Shown here one piece after another: positions 27,125 through 41,929 of a stretch of DNA of 64,000 nt. Position 1 is the first letter of the stretch. Each line of letters begins with the position of its first letter. The notes beneath the pieces are model-generated. The model worked only from the letters and a program-made list of their open reading frames with translations, ran no database searches and had not been told where the DNA came from. Origin of the DNA: Lama glama (lineage: Eukaryota); NCBI GenBank assembly GCA_028534125.1, contig CM052816.1:35156001-35220000 (forward strand). Direction: 5' to 3'. A program made the translations under genes and the position numbers.

Positions 27125-28500
27125 ACCAAAAAAACTGTGTTTTAATATTTTAAGACCTGATTTTCTTTTTCTCCTAATAAAAGTTATCAAAAAACTGGCC
27201 TCACACAGTTTCTGGAACTTCTTATAAATTCTTAATCTACTTTTCTACACTTTAGTTTGAATGTCAAATCATAATAAACCAAGTCCTATGAACGACTATT
27301 TATCTGCAAAGCTGTAAATCATGAATTTAAGAAAACAAGAATAGGAGATAAGATTTGAAAGAGATTTACTTATGATGTAACTCTTGCCCATAATTATTTT
27401 TATTTTCATTTGCTTTTTAATGCCACATGAGATCATCTGCGTTATTTCAGGGCTCCCTCCCTACTCCCACAGAACACTTTTGTATGTTGGAAGTGACAGT
27501 GGGAGCATCAAAGGCTAAAATATAAGTTGAAAATCTCTTTTATACAAAAATACAATTTTCTTCTTTTTTTGTTAATTAAAATACCTGATGCTTTGCCTTT
27601 ATTGTGTGTTAAAGATTGTTGCCTGAGTAGAATAAATATGGGAATGTGTTACATATTAAAAAGAAATTATAGCAAATGAATCCAAAATGTGAATGGACAT
27701 TTAACTCATCTGGTTAGGAAAATATTATTTTTTTCTAAGTAAGAGTAGGGTACATTGTCTTAGCTAAACTTTTAAAGAATAAGAACTAACATTAAGATAT
27801 CACCCTTTAGAAACTTGACAAGATGGTGGAAGTACAGTATAATTAGTTTTATTGAATACTGTTGTTTAACCATCATTCAGTAAGATACGATTATAAAGCT
27901 CTTTTGTGAATGAGGCATGACAAGAATAAAAAGTTTTATAATTTACTTTTATAGGTAATGAAGAAAGAAAAACACTTTATGATTTTACTATATAAATGGG
28001 ATAAGAATTTTTTTTTATCTTGCTTGGCTATAGCTGCTGTTACTAGGAATAATTAGTAATTTATGCATTACTCTGATATGCCAAGCCCAAATTCCAAGCA
28101 GACTTAAATTCTAATTAAAAGGTTCTTAAAAATATGAACACACATATACACTGATACATTTAAAAATACATATACAATCATCCCTGTTATAAAAATGTTT
28201 CACTGTAAAAGAATGTGTTTATATTTTTCTTCTAATAAGGCCCCAAAGTACATAAAATGCTTCCTGTAATTATTAACATGTAGTACAAAAAGTCTACACA
28301 TATATTTCTTCCTTCCTACATCAGTGTTACATGGGGTTTTATTATATACATATATGCAAAGCTTCATACGCATACAAAAAGTTAAATGCTGTACCCACCT
28401 TTCCATTTGTAAGAACAAATTTACATATGATATTCACTAGTATATCAGAAAGAAGCTAGACAATAAAGATTTTCAGTAGCACAGAGTTCATCCTACTTAC

Positions 28501-28593
28501 TGTTGAAGTGCCCAGTGAAGATTTTGGAGACCTAATCATTCCAGCAATTGAATGGCGAATAGACTCAAATTTGGATAGCCTCTCCTTTCTTTC
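28501..28593 (-). CDS. FER: FER coding exon (approx. exon 11): FX-to-SH2 linker, first exon shared by full-length FER and FerT
   Basis: Acceptor ctttcttaatctctccag|GAA, donor ACA|gtaagt. 93 bp, phase 0/0, translates [31 protein letters not shown], matching FER (human [31 protein letters not shown] as recalled). Not in ORF track. Confidence 0.97.
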
Positions 28594-31500
28594 CTGGAGA
28601 GATTAAGAAAGAAGCCTTCAGCAATAGTAAACTACCCAACACATATACACTTATAGGTATTTAGGTACTTATCCACAGCTTACATCCATCCATTATGCCT
28701 TCTAACTAAATAAGATGTAAACTCCCTATCATTAAAGATGACAAATAACCAAATGCATATAAACTCTACAGCATTTTACCTTCCTGACCCCTCAATAAAT
28801 GTCTTCATTAAGGGGGAAGTGGGGAGGAGTGGGGAGCACAATAAGAAAGAAATAGGAATTCATGAGATGAGAGAAAACAAGAAATGCAAAGGAAGCAAAC
28901 AGAAAACCAAGTATTAGCATGCAGGGGGGAAAAAGACACAAGCTAGAAGGAAACATTCTAACATAAAAGATTTCAGATAGTACTGTAGTTTTGAGGGATT
29001 TTCAAGGAAAAAACAAATTGGAAACAAAGAGGAGGAGAATTAGATGGAACACATTTTTAAACAATGAATTCCACTTAAGAGGCCAGAAAGTTTCCCAAAG
29101 ATTCACATGACGATGATGACGATGAAGACCACGCCGTTCGTTGACAACAAGAGAAGAGGAGAAAGGAGAAGAAGGAAGTAGTGGTAGAACTATCACTAAG
29201 GAAAGTAATCCAGGTTGCTGTTTGCTGTTAGATGCATAATTCTGATCACATAACACAACTGAAGGAAATTTTTCCTCAAAATTTCAAAGCCTTAAATCCA
29301 TTTTACAAACACAAGTGAATGGAGCATATAAGAAGGTAGGAAAGAAGAGAAAGGAGAAAAACAAAAATGAGAACCAGGAGGCAAGAAGGACAATAATGGC
29401 AAAGCGTGTGTGAGGATTTATAATGGAAGCATTGACTAATTTTCCAATAATGACTACATATCAACTGTTAGCAGCAGACAAAGAACAAGATATCCTACTG
29501 CCAAGTACTGACTTTCCATTTGTCTTCCTTCAGTAGTGATGCTCAATTTTACTTGTCAGCAGCAAATAACTAGAGTAGGCTACAAATAATATCTTTTGTT
29601 TCCTTTGTGTCCAATACCTAGCATACGTCTGTGTAAACGAAGACATTTTTGGTTACATGCTGCCTGATAAACACCCTAGTTTCTGAAATGTAACTTCTGT
29701 CTCTCTACTTGCCTCTTCTCACTTTATTTCCTTTCATTCTAATAGTTGTGGCACTATTAGTTCGCATTACTCCAAAAACATATACCTATTAAAGATTGAA
29801 AATAGTCTTAGGATAACCCTGAAACAGAACAGATCATCTCAACTTCTTTTTTAACATCATCATCACTTAAATCATTAATTTGCTTATGATCTATGTAAAT
29901 CACAAGCTAGAATTCAATTTGATCACTATAAAATGGAAAAAATAATACAAACCTTCCTCAGAGGGAACTGAGAAGTAAATTATCATAAGTAGTTAAAAAT
30001 TAACACGTTAAAAGCATGTACATATTTAATAAAATTGACTTTTAAAAAATGAATCTTTACTGTAGTACAATTGATCATCACCTTAGGAATGTGAGCACAC
30101 ACTCCACAGCCTTAGTCCTAGCTACAGATTCAGTTTTACTTTTTAGCAGAAATCACTGTAATTGAGCCACAAGAAGTGCTGAAAGAAAGTCTTGAATTAC
30201 TGAAGGAATACGGTGGCCTTTCATTAGAGCATGTCCATCTTCCACTGGGTGTTTTTTCTTTTTAATCCATTTCTGGCGCTTGAGAACTCTCCAGGAATAA
30301 AAACATTCGGGAAGGTAAAAACTGATTTTAAAAAAATATAGCCAGGATATGGAGAATAGAAGAGCGGGGAGGAAGGCACACACAGCAGTTGTTTTGTAAT
30401 TAGATTTATGAAGAGTAGGTCACAAAGGTGTAAAGCACACACACTGGGAAGTCTGTAGACCACTACTGACAGGAAGGTAAGATGAAAGTGCCAACCTTGC
30501 CGATTTGGCAAAGTTTCACAAGAAATCTGCAGGCACCTCTACTGTAAATTCAGGCTTCTCCTCTGAGTCAGTGCTCTCAAAATATTACAGAGAGTATAGT
30601 CCCCACGCACTATAAGAACAGAACAGAAAATTGCATGGGAGGTTAGGCAGAAAAGCAGAAAATTAAGGGAAGAGTCTCAAGTATTAGAAACCATTTTATT
30701 TGCATATTATTTAATAATATCCCCTGAGATGGTAAAAACAAAACAAAACAAAACAAAAAAAAACCTCTCCTTAAGCTGTATCTTAGGCATCAAACCCTAC
30801 AAATGATGAAAGAGAACAATTTCTCCCCAAACCCTTTAATAATACTAAAAAAGAAAACATTTTCTTAAGATGTTATTATTAGAGAAGACTAATGGATAGT
30901 TCCAGGTGTGGGGTAAAGAAGACGTCAAAAATTGCTTCCTTCAATATTGTTACAAAGCATAATATATAGTGTGCTCAAAGGGATATGATTAACGAAAGCA
31001 CTCTTTCATTTAAAGGTACTCTTTAAATAGGCTGATACAAAAAATGTATTATCAGAAGCAGTAAGTAGACTTTAAGTTTCATACAGGAATAATCAATAGG
31101 GTTTATAAAACATTTTAACCAGTGTCAGCTCACTCGATGCCCAGATTTCCACAAATAAAACATGGAATTCACTTGCTAAAGCTCTAGTCTTTACGTATCA
31201 GTTTTACATATCAGCTTTAAATTGTGGTCTACCTAACAACACATCAGACTATGTCAAATTCACTGATAGGCTGATTTTTGTATCAAAGAATTAAATGGTA
31301 CTTAAAAAAATTAAAATTAAAATTAAAAAGCTTCCATCCAATTACCACAAACACAGTGCCTAACTTTGCCTGTAAGCCTGTCAAGGCTGGAAGTGATATA
31401 CTCATTTTATCCACCTCAAGTAGTGACAAGGTAAAGAGCCTTTTCCAGATAAACAGAGATGCGTTTTGGCCAAAGGACAGTGGAGGTAGGTGAGGGCCAG

Positions 31501-33979
31501 TGAGGCGGGTAAATAAGAGGCAATGTTATAAAATAATACCTGATGTTATAAAGTAATATTATGAATAACATTCATAAAAATGCTGAAAGTACAGCTGTAA
31601 ATCTATTTTGAAAGAAAAGTTCTAGATGCACTTTCACATCTCACTGAAGGGCAGTTTCTCATAACTTTAGAATTAAATGAAGCAGGAGCTCTCAATATTT
31701 CTCTCTATAGACACATAAGATAACTAAGGAATTTTCATAATAATTAAAAGTCTACCTATGGTCAACTAAAAAAAAATTCTTGTAAAAAATAATTCCTAAA
31801 TTACGGTTCAAGTAAAACCATACCTATCAAGTTATCAAATTAATCTTTACTAAAACTCTCAAATTGCATTAAAAGAGGCTCTCAAGTTACCTCCCTCCAC
31901 TGTCCACTAAAGCATATGCAGAGATACAAAAAGTAAGTATTGAAATTTTGCTGACTGAAGTGATTGACAAAAATTAACAGCTCTTCCAAATGACAGTCTG
32001 TCTAGATGCTACAGTACATTACAAATTAATGATTTTAACCAAAAGGCACGTAACAGTTCTCAAAGCAAGACTTCTAAAGGAGGCACTAAGGTAGAAAGAA
32101 TAAGGTTCTTGATGTCAGAACGGATAAAGGGTATAAATCTGAGTAAATCACTTAACTACTCTGGCTCTCAGTTTCCCTATCAGTAAACAAGAGTACACTG
32201 GACTAGATTAAAATCTTCATCTCAACAATTCTGTGACCGGTGTTCAACTCCCCAGTCATTTGCACTGCACTGATCGTTGAGGAAACTCCCAGAGAAAAGC
32301 TCCATTGCACTAGGCTGGCAACCTTAGTAACATTCTGCCTGAGGATGCGCTCAGAACTTGCCCCTCAAAGGGAACGGTGAACTATGTGTGGTGAAAGGTA
32401 ACACCAGAACACTCTGTTAATAATAGCTCATGGAAAAAATAACCATGTATTATTTCTCACAGATTCCTGTAAATAAACTCAATTTAATAACATTCTTAGA
32501 AGGAACAATGAAAGTGATTATTTGGCCCTGTAGGAACAGTCAGATACTTATTCAAATCAGGAGGTAATATTATTCAAGAAAAAGATAATATTCGTGCTCA
32601 AACTCCAGGCTGAGTGCCAAATATCTTTGGGACTACTTATGCAAAGCAACCATGAAACTTGGAGGGATTTTGTGAGAAATAACTACAGGAAAATTATAAC
32701 CCTAGAGAAGATTGTTTCCTGAAAAAAGTTCTATACTGTTGATGACTCCATAATGAAAAAGAAATACTGCAAATATCAGTATGTCCCTCATCAAAGTAAT
32801 ACATTTATAAATAAACAAATAACTTAGTCTTTTGCAGATGTTGATTTGCTGGAGAGAATGAAGGATACACAGTTTCTAATCGCATCAGGATACAGAATTT
32901 AAGTATTAAAACAGTTTCTAAATGATTTATTTTAGCAATCAGGTTCTGACTGAAGACAAATCATTTTACAAGTATTCACTGCCTAGTAACCTAGTTTGTC
33001 ATGCTGTCTTTTTTCTTTGATGCTTGTATATTAAGAATATTTATTAAAAGAAAGACAGCCCCCTTGCTAGGTCAAGAATTATATTCTGAAATAATGAAAC
33101 TGGAAACGAAGTATGCAAGAGAAACATTTAAATGATTAAGAATATGTCTTAAAATCACAAGGCTAAAGAAATTTACAGTGTAACAGAATAGAGTTCAACG
33201 AAACCTAGGATGTAAAATGTCCTATCATTCTTCTTGCTTTTTTTGACTCTGTATCTCTTAAATGAGATGATTTCTCTAGGGAAACAAGTCCCAAGCAGGA
33301 GGCTTAATCAGCTCCCTTCCTGTTCAATATCTAAATATAATTCATGCCCCATGGTGCTTTTCTCAAATGTATGAGCAAAAATGTAGTATAATTCTTTTTA
33401 TAAATTATCCAGTAGTGCAAGATGCACACCAACCAGTTTCCTTTGGCACCTCACTAACTCCACAATTTAAGTCCTGACAGAGCTTGCTCAGTAAACCAAC
33501 TGTGCATTTCAGTTTTTTGAAAAATTACACTAGTATGAGTTAAATTATCAAGACTCATCTTAACTGAGATTGCACTTTTAAAACAATTAAGGGACATCAC
33601 ACTACGGCAGTCCATTTATCTTCTTTGATTAAACTAATAAATTATAAAACAAAAAATATATGAAAACGAGAATGAAAGTATTATTTCATTAGAGATCCCT
33701 ACGTCTAGAAGCCAAGGCACTTTACCAACTTCGCCACACCCTCACAAACTCCCAGGCTCATTACTCTAGTTAGCACGTTGTTTTGATCAAGTTAAAACAA
33801 ACCTCTGATCACTACCTGTGTGGGCTGCATGGGTCTTTCTCACAGCAGCTTCCTCGTCTCTCCTCTCTCTCCCCTCTCTGCCTCCCATTTTCCCTTCTTT
33901 CTTCCTCCCTTTCTCCCTTACCATAACGAACGGTAATAAATAGTAGCTATTATTACTTGAGTTTTACCAATATTGACAA

Positions 33980-34080
33980 GGACATCTGGGCTGTTTCCAT
34001 CTTCTGGCTAATGTAAACAATGCTGCTTTGGATATTCACATACATGGTACTTCAGTATCTGTTTTCAACTCTTTGGGGCA
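33980..34080 (-). mobile_element. L1 fragment
   Basis: ggacatctgggctgtttccatcttctggcta..aatgctgct..ttttcaactctttgggg: typical antisense L1 ORF2-end text. Confidence 0.7.
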
Positions 34081-34087
34081 TGTTATC

Positions 34088-34702
34088 TGTTACAGCAGGC
34101 AGACAGCTAGATGTGAGCACAGAAAGGGGGGCACAGGGCCAAATGACAGCAAACCACACCTCTTGTGAACAATGGAGGTCCTTGGGCAGACACAGAAAAT
34201 CAGGAACCTCCAAACTGATAAGAAATCACACATTCTGGGGTGACAAGTGTCCTGGAGGCAGGCAAAGAAAGGTAGGGAAAGGCAGAAATCTCCAGTGTTT
34301 GAATTTTCTTCATTATGCCTCATTACAGTAAAATCAGCCTTGCAGATTAGAAGTACCCATCATGCACCAACACCATGACACTTCTGACCTAGACTAAATA
34401 AGGACAAACATCCCCCCCTCCTTGGGAAGATGGAGCTGTGATGAAAATCAGGGAATATGAATCCAGATCCCTTCCTCCCCCGTGAATATTCTGCCCATTG
34501 ATGTTTATACCCTATGTAACCACAGGGTTACACAGAAACTCAGGTAGCTGCTCACCTGAGCCTGCCTGCTGTCTCCTTGAGAGCAAAGTATCTATCCTTT
34601 AATAAATGCTCACTTTACTTTCTTGACCTCCATGTCTCAGATTGTGAAAATCTGGACTGCTCAGTCCTCCTGCCCAAACCTCAAGTACCACCCTCCACAA
34701 CA
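34088..34702 (+). mobile_element. Probable solo LTR of an endogenous retrovirus (family not identified, 3' boundary uncertain)
   Basis: Begins TGTTAC with an abrupt rise in GC. Contains cctttAATAAAtgctcactttacttt (about 34600), a typical LTR poly-A context, and ends near ..ccacaaca. No clear TSD found. Confidence 0.55.
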
Positions 34703-37700
34703 ACACTGCACCACCTTGTGGTGGTGCGGGGAGGGCTTCATTTGGAATATCCTTCCCAAGTCTCCTTCTCTGATCCCCTGCTCCATTCAGTGAAGCCCCC
34801 TGAGTAAATACCGGTCAGTGTTAGCTGTCTCACTCTGTGGGTAGGGCTCCTCCAGATTCTAATATGTCACATCAGCCTACACACTATTATTACAAGAGTG
34901 TTAAAAGCTTGTTGAGTTGATTTCCTCTTACCCACTTTCATGGAAGATTCCTCTTATCATACAGTTTCACCAAGGATGGATGTAGTGGTAGGTCTTTATT
35001 TTTTCCCCCATGAAAGGCTTGTCATTCCTGGATTTTGGTTCATTTAGATTTCTTTCAGTCCTCAAATCTCTGGTGAGTATTTTTTAACATTATTTTTTAG
35101 CTTATCCTTATTTTGGTTGAGGTAAGAATGATGGCCTGGCGACTTTCCATACCCAAACAGGATGCAGAATTCCTATGTACTTAATTAAGACAAGTAATCT
35201 ACTAGTCATCATTTTATTTACCTTTATCCACAAACCAAGAAAATATAAAGACAGAATTTAAGGGTCTTTGGTATGACAAAGAAAAAGGCCATTAATTTAT
35301 CAAAGGTATAGACTTGAATTTAACTACCATTTCCTAAATTAGCCAATTACCACAAAAGGCCTTTTGAGTTAAAGCCTGTATTCCTCAGAAGATTATTTAA
35401 AGGGCTTAAGTGCGGACTTCTCAAAAGTTTTGCTTCTTGTTATCTTTGTTTGATTTTGTTGATTGCTTTGATGGGGTAGGGGGATGAAGTTCACTGGTTT
35501 TACATTTGCTGCAGAGGACCCCACAAGGACAATATAAAGACTTATTATTCACATATTTCATTTCTGTAAGTTTCCAACTTTATCTAAGAAATTTCCTGAA
35601 CGGTTTTACTGTTTTGATATTCTCATACTGAACATGTATATAAATAATTCTCTTATCTGTTCAGAGCTCCTTTTGTTACTGGAACTAGTAATTGAGAACA
35701 TTTGAAGTTTCAAGGCCTCAATCAAGATTTTACTTATTAGAATGTAATCAGAAACTGCATAACCTAAAAGAAAAGTCTAAGACTTAATAAAAGAACAGAA
35801 AATAGTGAATTTTAAAGAAAGGAATGTGGTGCTTATAATATAGCACTTCTATTATCAGCAAACAAAATCCAACTGGGCAATCTGTTTTAGACAGAAGTCA
35901 ACCAGGTCCTAAGCATTTGTGTCACCCTCAGGCCCTTTAAGAGAAACTGCCACACTATGGGATTGATGGTACCATCTGCCTGAGAATGAAGTCAATACAA
36001 TAAAAGGTAGAACTGAGGAATGAAGACAGACAAATTCTTGATGACATGGTTTGAATTTCTGATATATCCAGTTACATGAGTGGATAAACCCTCTTTTTAT
36101 GCTTTAACTAATCTGCCTTGGTTGACTATTACATAGAATGGACACACTAGGGTGTTCCTAGAATATCCAGTAGTAATTTCCAGATTTCTAATAAATGATT
36201 ACAAATATCTCAGTTCTCCCTGACAAAATAATACACTAATATTTTTAATGTTTTGGACCCACATTTACTTTTAATAGGAAAACAAATATTTTAAGACTGA
36301 AATACATGCATATAAATGTAAAACTTCTTTGTAAAATAAACACATTATGTTGAGATAATTACTCTTACTAATTCCCATTAATTTAACAGTTTTAGCACAT
36401 GGACAACAAAATAACTGCTTAACATGCTGGTGAAAACGTTATACTACAAAAGGTTCAATAATCCCACAGATTTTAGAACTGCCCAGTTAAACAAATTTAA
36501 ATAGATTTCTTAAATACGCTATGTCTCAGAGCCTCAATACTGCATTAGTACATGTGCTCTGCTTTTAGAGGAAATATTATTCTGCAAAATTCACTTCAGG
36601 AAAACCTGTTACAAAGCTTTCATTATGATGGGGTAGAAGGGAAAAAATTTTCCTCCACTTTTTCAGTCATGGTTTTTTCTTGGACATTATCATCACATAC
36701 AACAGCTCCAAATTAACTAATTCCAGCTCCTCTGTTTCTGGGGCCACACTCATCTGCCCCACTATCAATTTGTTTTCAATCAGTTCCACTATAACCATTT
36801 TTCAATCTTACTGAAATTTTAAGGCTTTGAGTTAGGCTTAGTAAGGCTAATTTCTCCCAATCAATCACCTTTTCTTTTCTTCTCTTCTTTTTTCTAACTG
36901 AGACGCCATGATACATCATTTCAATGACACACTTGCCAACAGTCTAAATAAACTCCCTTGCAATCCTTTCTCTCAGTTGAATACCCATGAAGCAAACCCC
37001 AACCGTGGATGCTCTAACTTTCTGATCTCTCTCAGCTTGTACTCAGCAACTCAACACTGCTGGAGAGAATCACATCATTATTACTTCAAATGGGCCCTAA
37101 ATATCTCACAAGACTACATTTTCCAGCCAACTCACTTCTTAACCCTCCCACTGTCACTGTCAACCATTTGAAACCTTTCTCACTTTTCTTACATATAAAA
37201 ACCACCTGTTCTACCCCCTCCAGCTTCTTTTGAAAGAAACTACAAGGCAGCAACCCCTTCGTTTTGCTTTTTCAAACCTACACATCCATTCCTTCTCTTC
37301 CCATTACTGGACACAGAGCTGTCTCTCTCCCATCCAAGGATGAGCACTCTACTAGTACCTCACCCCTTTCTGCCCTCCCAAGAACATTATGCCTTAAAAA
37401 ACATAATAGACCTAACTTTGATGTACTGTCCCATCAGCTTTTATATTTACTTAAGTTGGTCCCATAGGGGAAAAAAGTAGGAGAGGTTGTAAGAGAAAAA
37501 GGATGGAGAAGAGGAGGGAGGGAGGAATAAAGAGAGGAAGGAATGAACCTCTCCCTTCACCACACACCCTGCTCCACCTACTGCTTGCTCTTGATTCCTG
37601 CCCCCACCCTGCAAATTACTGAAAGAGTTCTCTATGTTGGATAGAACTCTCAGGACCAAGTGTCTATTCCTACATAACAGGCTCTAGTCTATTTAAGTTA

Positions 37701-39892
37701 ATAAAGCACCCACTGGAAATACTGGTATTTTCAGAAATTCATTAACTATTTCATCAATAGGCACTAAGCAGAGTAGAATCAATAAGAGATGAAGAGCATA
37801 CAAAACTACTGGCCTGGAACAGACATCGGGTAACTCTAAACATCAGACTTATAATCAGGAAGAACTCTGATTAAGTGTCATCATCCAAACCACAATTCCT
37901 CATCTGAAAATTAACCACCAAATAACCTTATCAACAGTTTCATAAAATTATTAACGGTAGAATAAAATGACCATTATCCTCTAAAATTGTATTTTTTATT
38001 AAGCAAAACTGTTACATTGGAGAAAGGTTTAGAGATATGAGAATCAGAACACCCTCTAAATCCCTCTGTTCCTGTTGGATTTATAGCTAGCCTTGTCCAT
38101 ATCTGTCCTTACAGAAAGTACCTTAATCCACATCTACTGCAAACACTCATAGAAAAGATAATAACAAAGAAAGCGTAATCTAGAAACACTAATTGTATTT
38201 TTTTTCATCCATCAGCTTGAGGCAAATCTCTATAGCTCTGATTACAGAGCTGACTGAACCCCCCAAATAAGGTCTTTCCAGGAAGGTTTCCTGTAGTTAT
38301 CTTAGTCAGCGCAAAACTTCATGAAGATTCTAGTAAAAGTATCTGAAAGGTTATGAATGGTGGTTAAATGTTTATTCCTGATGAGTTTTCCCAGCCTACA
38401 ACATTCTTTTTGGCTCTGATTATATACTTTCTAACTCAAGAAACAACTAGAGTTAAAAAGTGATTTGCTGGCTTGGAAGTAGAGGCCCTGAAAATATAGA
38501 GGCTGTATTTTATTAAAATAATGGCCATTGGGAATGTCAAATGTCTTGATTAAATTCCCCTAAGTTCGCATGACCCACATACATTAGAAAGCACAGTTTT
38601 TTTAAAGGACATGATTGTTCTTCACTGTCTTCATTCCTTAGTTAGGCTAGCACTCCTTTTCAAGATCCACAATGCAAATACTTCCTCCCTGTCAAGCATT
38701 AACTTCCTAAGGTAGGAGCTGCTGCAATGTGCTTTATCTGAGATTCAGAAATGTTTATAGAGAAGAAAAGTTTTCCTATTAAAAAGGAGGAAGGCTGATA
38801 CAAATATTTCTAATGTCTTGTAATAATCAGATGGTTTCACGACTTCTGAGGATGGGTGAGGAAAAGAGGAAGTTGTTAAGAGCCAATCAAGGTCTATTTA
38901 ACACGAGCTGCTCTGCTCAATGGCACAGAGCAAGCTCAGCAGATTTTTTTTTAACATAACCAAGAGAATTAGAATAACACTATATAGGTGTAGGGCATTT
39001 GATTCTAATATATACTTTCATGGTTTTCGACACTGCAAACATTTACAGCCTTGAAACACCTTTTAGCCATATTCAGAGTTTCTCAGAAGAAAAAATTCAC
39101 TCCTCAGAAAGCATTTTAAAGCCCCTTAATTCATGATAAGTTCACAATTCACATTTAAAATTCAAAGGGCATAAAGAACTTTATCTCTAACAGATGTGAA
39201 GATGAAAGAACTTAGGTATTACTTTTTTAATCTTCAATATAAGGCAAAAATACCAGTGATTCCCTTGGCCACAGAAGTCACTGAAATTATACGATTAGTT
39301 TGTATTATTTCTAATCAGAATACCTTTGCATAACTATACTTTATTTCAAGTAAAAGACTGATCTTTTATCAGTACTACTCAAACTGTAGTATAATATCTG
39401 TAGAACTGATTGACAGACACATGATATTTTCATTTGAAATAATACCAAGAGAAACAATAATTCAACAGAGGATGAATCTTAATTAAACAACAATCCTGAA
39501 CAAAGATAAAGAAAAAAGATTATCTCACCATTTTTTAATTTTAAAAAAGGAGTCTGGAATTTTCCTCTCATTAAGAAAATAAAACAAAAGCAAACAAAAA
39601 AACCCCACCAGATGCACTATGAAAGCATTATCAAAATATACCCTAGCCTTTCTTTGTTTCATCTAAAATTAAAGCAGATAAGTTAACCAAGGAAAATTAT
39701 ACAAGAAAGCAGGTAATTAGGAAGTGTTCTGTCAATGGGTGAAAGCCCAATGACATTCACAATGATCAGTCTCAACACTGGTATAGTGGTCCAACTAAAA
39801 TATACTTCATTTTCCACAGATCATTACCCTAACTTTTCCTTCCCTCCAAAACTTAGCTACTTGAAAGTGCTGACAGAAAATAAGAAAAATCA

Positions 39893-40018
39893 GGGGGAGG
39901 GTATAGCTCAAGTGGTAGAGCACATGTTTAGCATATACAAGGTCCTGAGTTCAATCCCCAGTACCTCCTCTAAAAATAAATAAGTAAGCCTAATTACCCC
40001 CCAAAAAAGAGGAAAAAA
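39893..40018 (+). mobile_element. tRNA-Ala-derived SINE (vic-1-type)
   Basis: gggggagggtatagctcaagtggtagagcacatgtttagcatatacaaggtcctgagttcaatccccagtacctcc, tail cctaattacccccc plus A-rich sequence. Flanked by aagaaaaatca / aagaaaaaaatca (TSD-like). Confidence 0.9.
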
Positions 40019-40089
40019 AGAAAAAAATCAATTATATAATCACTTCTGTTTATTCCTTGATATCTACTTGCTTCTCATGTTACTGAAAT

Positions 40090-41220
40090 TTTAATTTGTC
40101 CCCCAATATAACCTTGATGTCGCCAAAACCATTAGGTACTTTATTTGACTTTGCCAGGAATGTTTTCCTGTTGACTCTTACTCTCTTTTCCCTAGGCTTC
40201 AGTAACACCACTGTCTTGTTGGTTTTCCTTCTCTCTGTCTGGTTGTTCTACCTCATTCTTCCTTACAACATCCTCTAACGTTTGCCTGCCCCTTAAATGC
40301 CGGTCACCCAACACTACTATCCTTGGCCCTCACTTCTCTTTCCCTAATCAAATACGTTTATCTCCATCACTTCAATTACCACCTGCATGCTGATGATTCC
40401 CAACAGCTACATCTCTAGGGTGGACCTCTAACTAGAACTCCTCATCCTTCCCTCAGTCTAAGCTACTCCTTCTACTATGAGCCTTATCTTCTGTGACTAG
40501 CACCAACAACTACAGAACTCCCGAGGCAGAGATCTGGAGGTCTGTCTTGGTGCTCGTTCTCCCTCATATCCGTAGCCAGTCAGTCACTACATTCTAAAGT
40601 CTGTATCTATAAACTATCTCTAAAATCAGCCCCCTTCTTCCAGTGCCCCCTGATGTGATGTTAGCTCAGGCACCAGCATCACTGCCCTGGATTGTTCAGA
40701 GTGGTCTTTGTATAAAGGTAAACCAGGTCATTTCATTCTGCTGCTTACCATCTTAAACAGCTTCCCCACTCAGTTCACAATAAAATCCCAATGCATACAC
40801 AAAGGTTTTTCCATACTATAGCTCCTACATACTTATTCAATATCATCTCTCACCATTTGACTTTTCATGCCTATAATACATTCATTTATAAATACTGAAG
40901 ATTTAGAACGTATCATATTTTCTCTTACCTAAGTTATATATGATGCTTCTTCCTTTTCCTGAAATATCATTCCAATTTTTTTTTTTTGGCTTACCTACTT
41001 CTTATACCTTCTTCAGATCCAAAGCAGACTTCTACCCTGAGATTTGACACTCTAAATGAAGAGCACCCTTCTTATGCACTGACAGTATCCAGCCTTCACT
41101 CTCATAGAACTCATCATCACACTCTGGTTATAATTATCTGTTAACTTGCCTCTCACTCAACTGTGAGCTCCTTGAGGGCAAGGACTTTATCTCATTCTGC
41201 TTTGTATACAAAGCTGGGAT
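40090..41220 (+). mobile_element. L2 element 3' region, about 1.1 kb
   Basis: ttcaattaccacctgcatgctgatgattccc..ctgtgagctccttgagggcaaggact. Its terminus resumes briefly after the MLT at about 41748. Confidence 0.75.
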
Positions 41221-41225
41221 AATAT

Positions 41226-41747
41226 GTGTGGCATACAGCACTTTGGAAAATGGCCTCAACAATATCTCCATTGCACGGGCTCTTCCTGCCATGAAGACTT
41301 CGATTCTTCTTTCATTGAGAAGTGGGCATGTTCTCCTTGAATTTGGGCAGGTATGTGATTATGATGAAAGTGATACTACATGGCTTCTGAGGCTGGGTCA
41401 TAAAACCAGCTTCCTTCTGGTTCTTCTGGAATACACACTCTTGAACCTAGCCACCACAAGCTGTAACAAACCTCAAGTGACCCACAGACAGACCCATAAG
41501 GAGATACACAGAGCTCAGTTGAGCTTGCAGTGAGCAGCACCCAAACTGCAAATCATGAGTTATCCACTTAGGAAGCAGATTCTAAGGCCTCTAGTCCAAC
41601 TGTTTGAAGTTATGACCCATGGAACAAAGATAAGCCTTCTGCACTGATCTCTTCCCAAATGGAGTTTCATTATCAAATGAAATAATTCATTATATAAGCC
41701 ATTAAATTTTGCAGTGACCTGTTACATCGCAATAGATAACCAGAGCA
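41226..41747 (+). mobile_element. MaLR LTR (MLT1-type)
   Basis: Ends aagccattaaattttgcagtgacctgttacatcgcaatagataaccagagca, a characteristic MLT1 terminus. Internal ttctgaggctgggtcataaaa. Confidence 0.8.
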
Positions 41748-41929
41748 ATGCCTGTCATAGAGTACATAAACACACACACAGAGAATAACATATATACATA
41801 CACACAACACATACTCACACACTTACATAAAGTTTGGTGAATCCATGAACACATTTTCTAAATCAATTTTACTCTATAAGTTAGATTTGGTGGATAGAGC
41901 ACAGGACAATTTCCAAATATTTTAATTAG

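Noticed and set aside
38862..38935. ETS site, CCAAT and TATTTAA suggesting a plus-strand promoter
   Set aside because: CCAAT-to-TATA spacing is only about 8 bp, there is no CpG island, and no downstream exon structure is visible.
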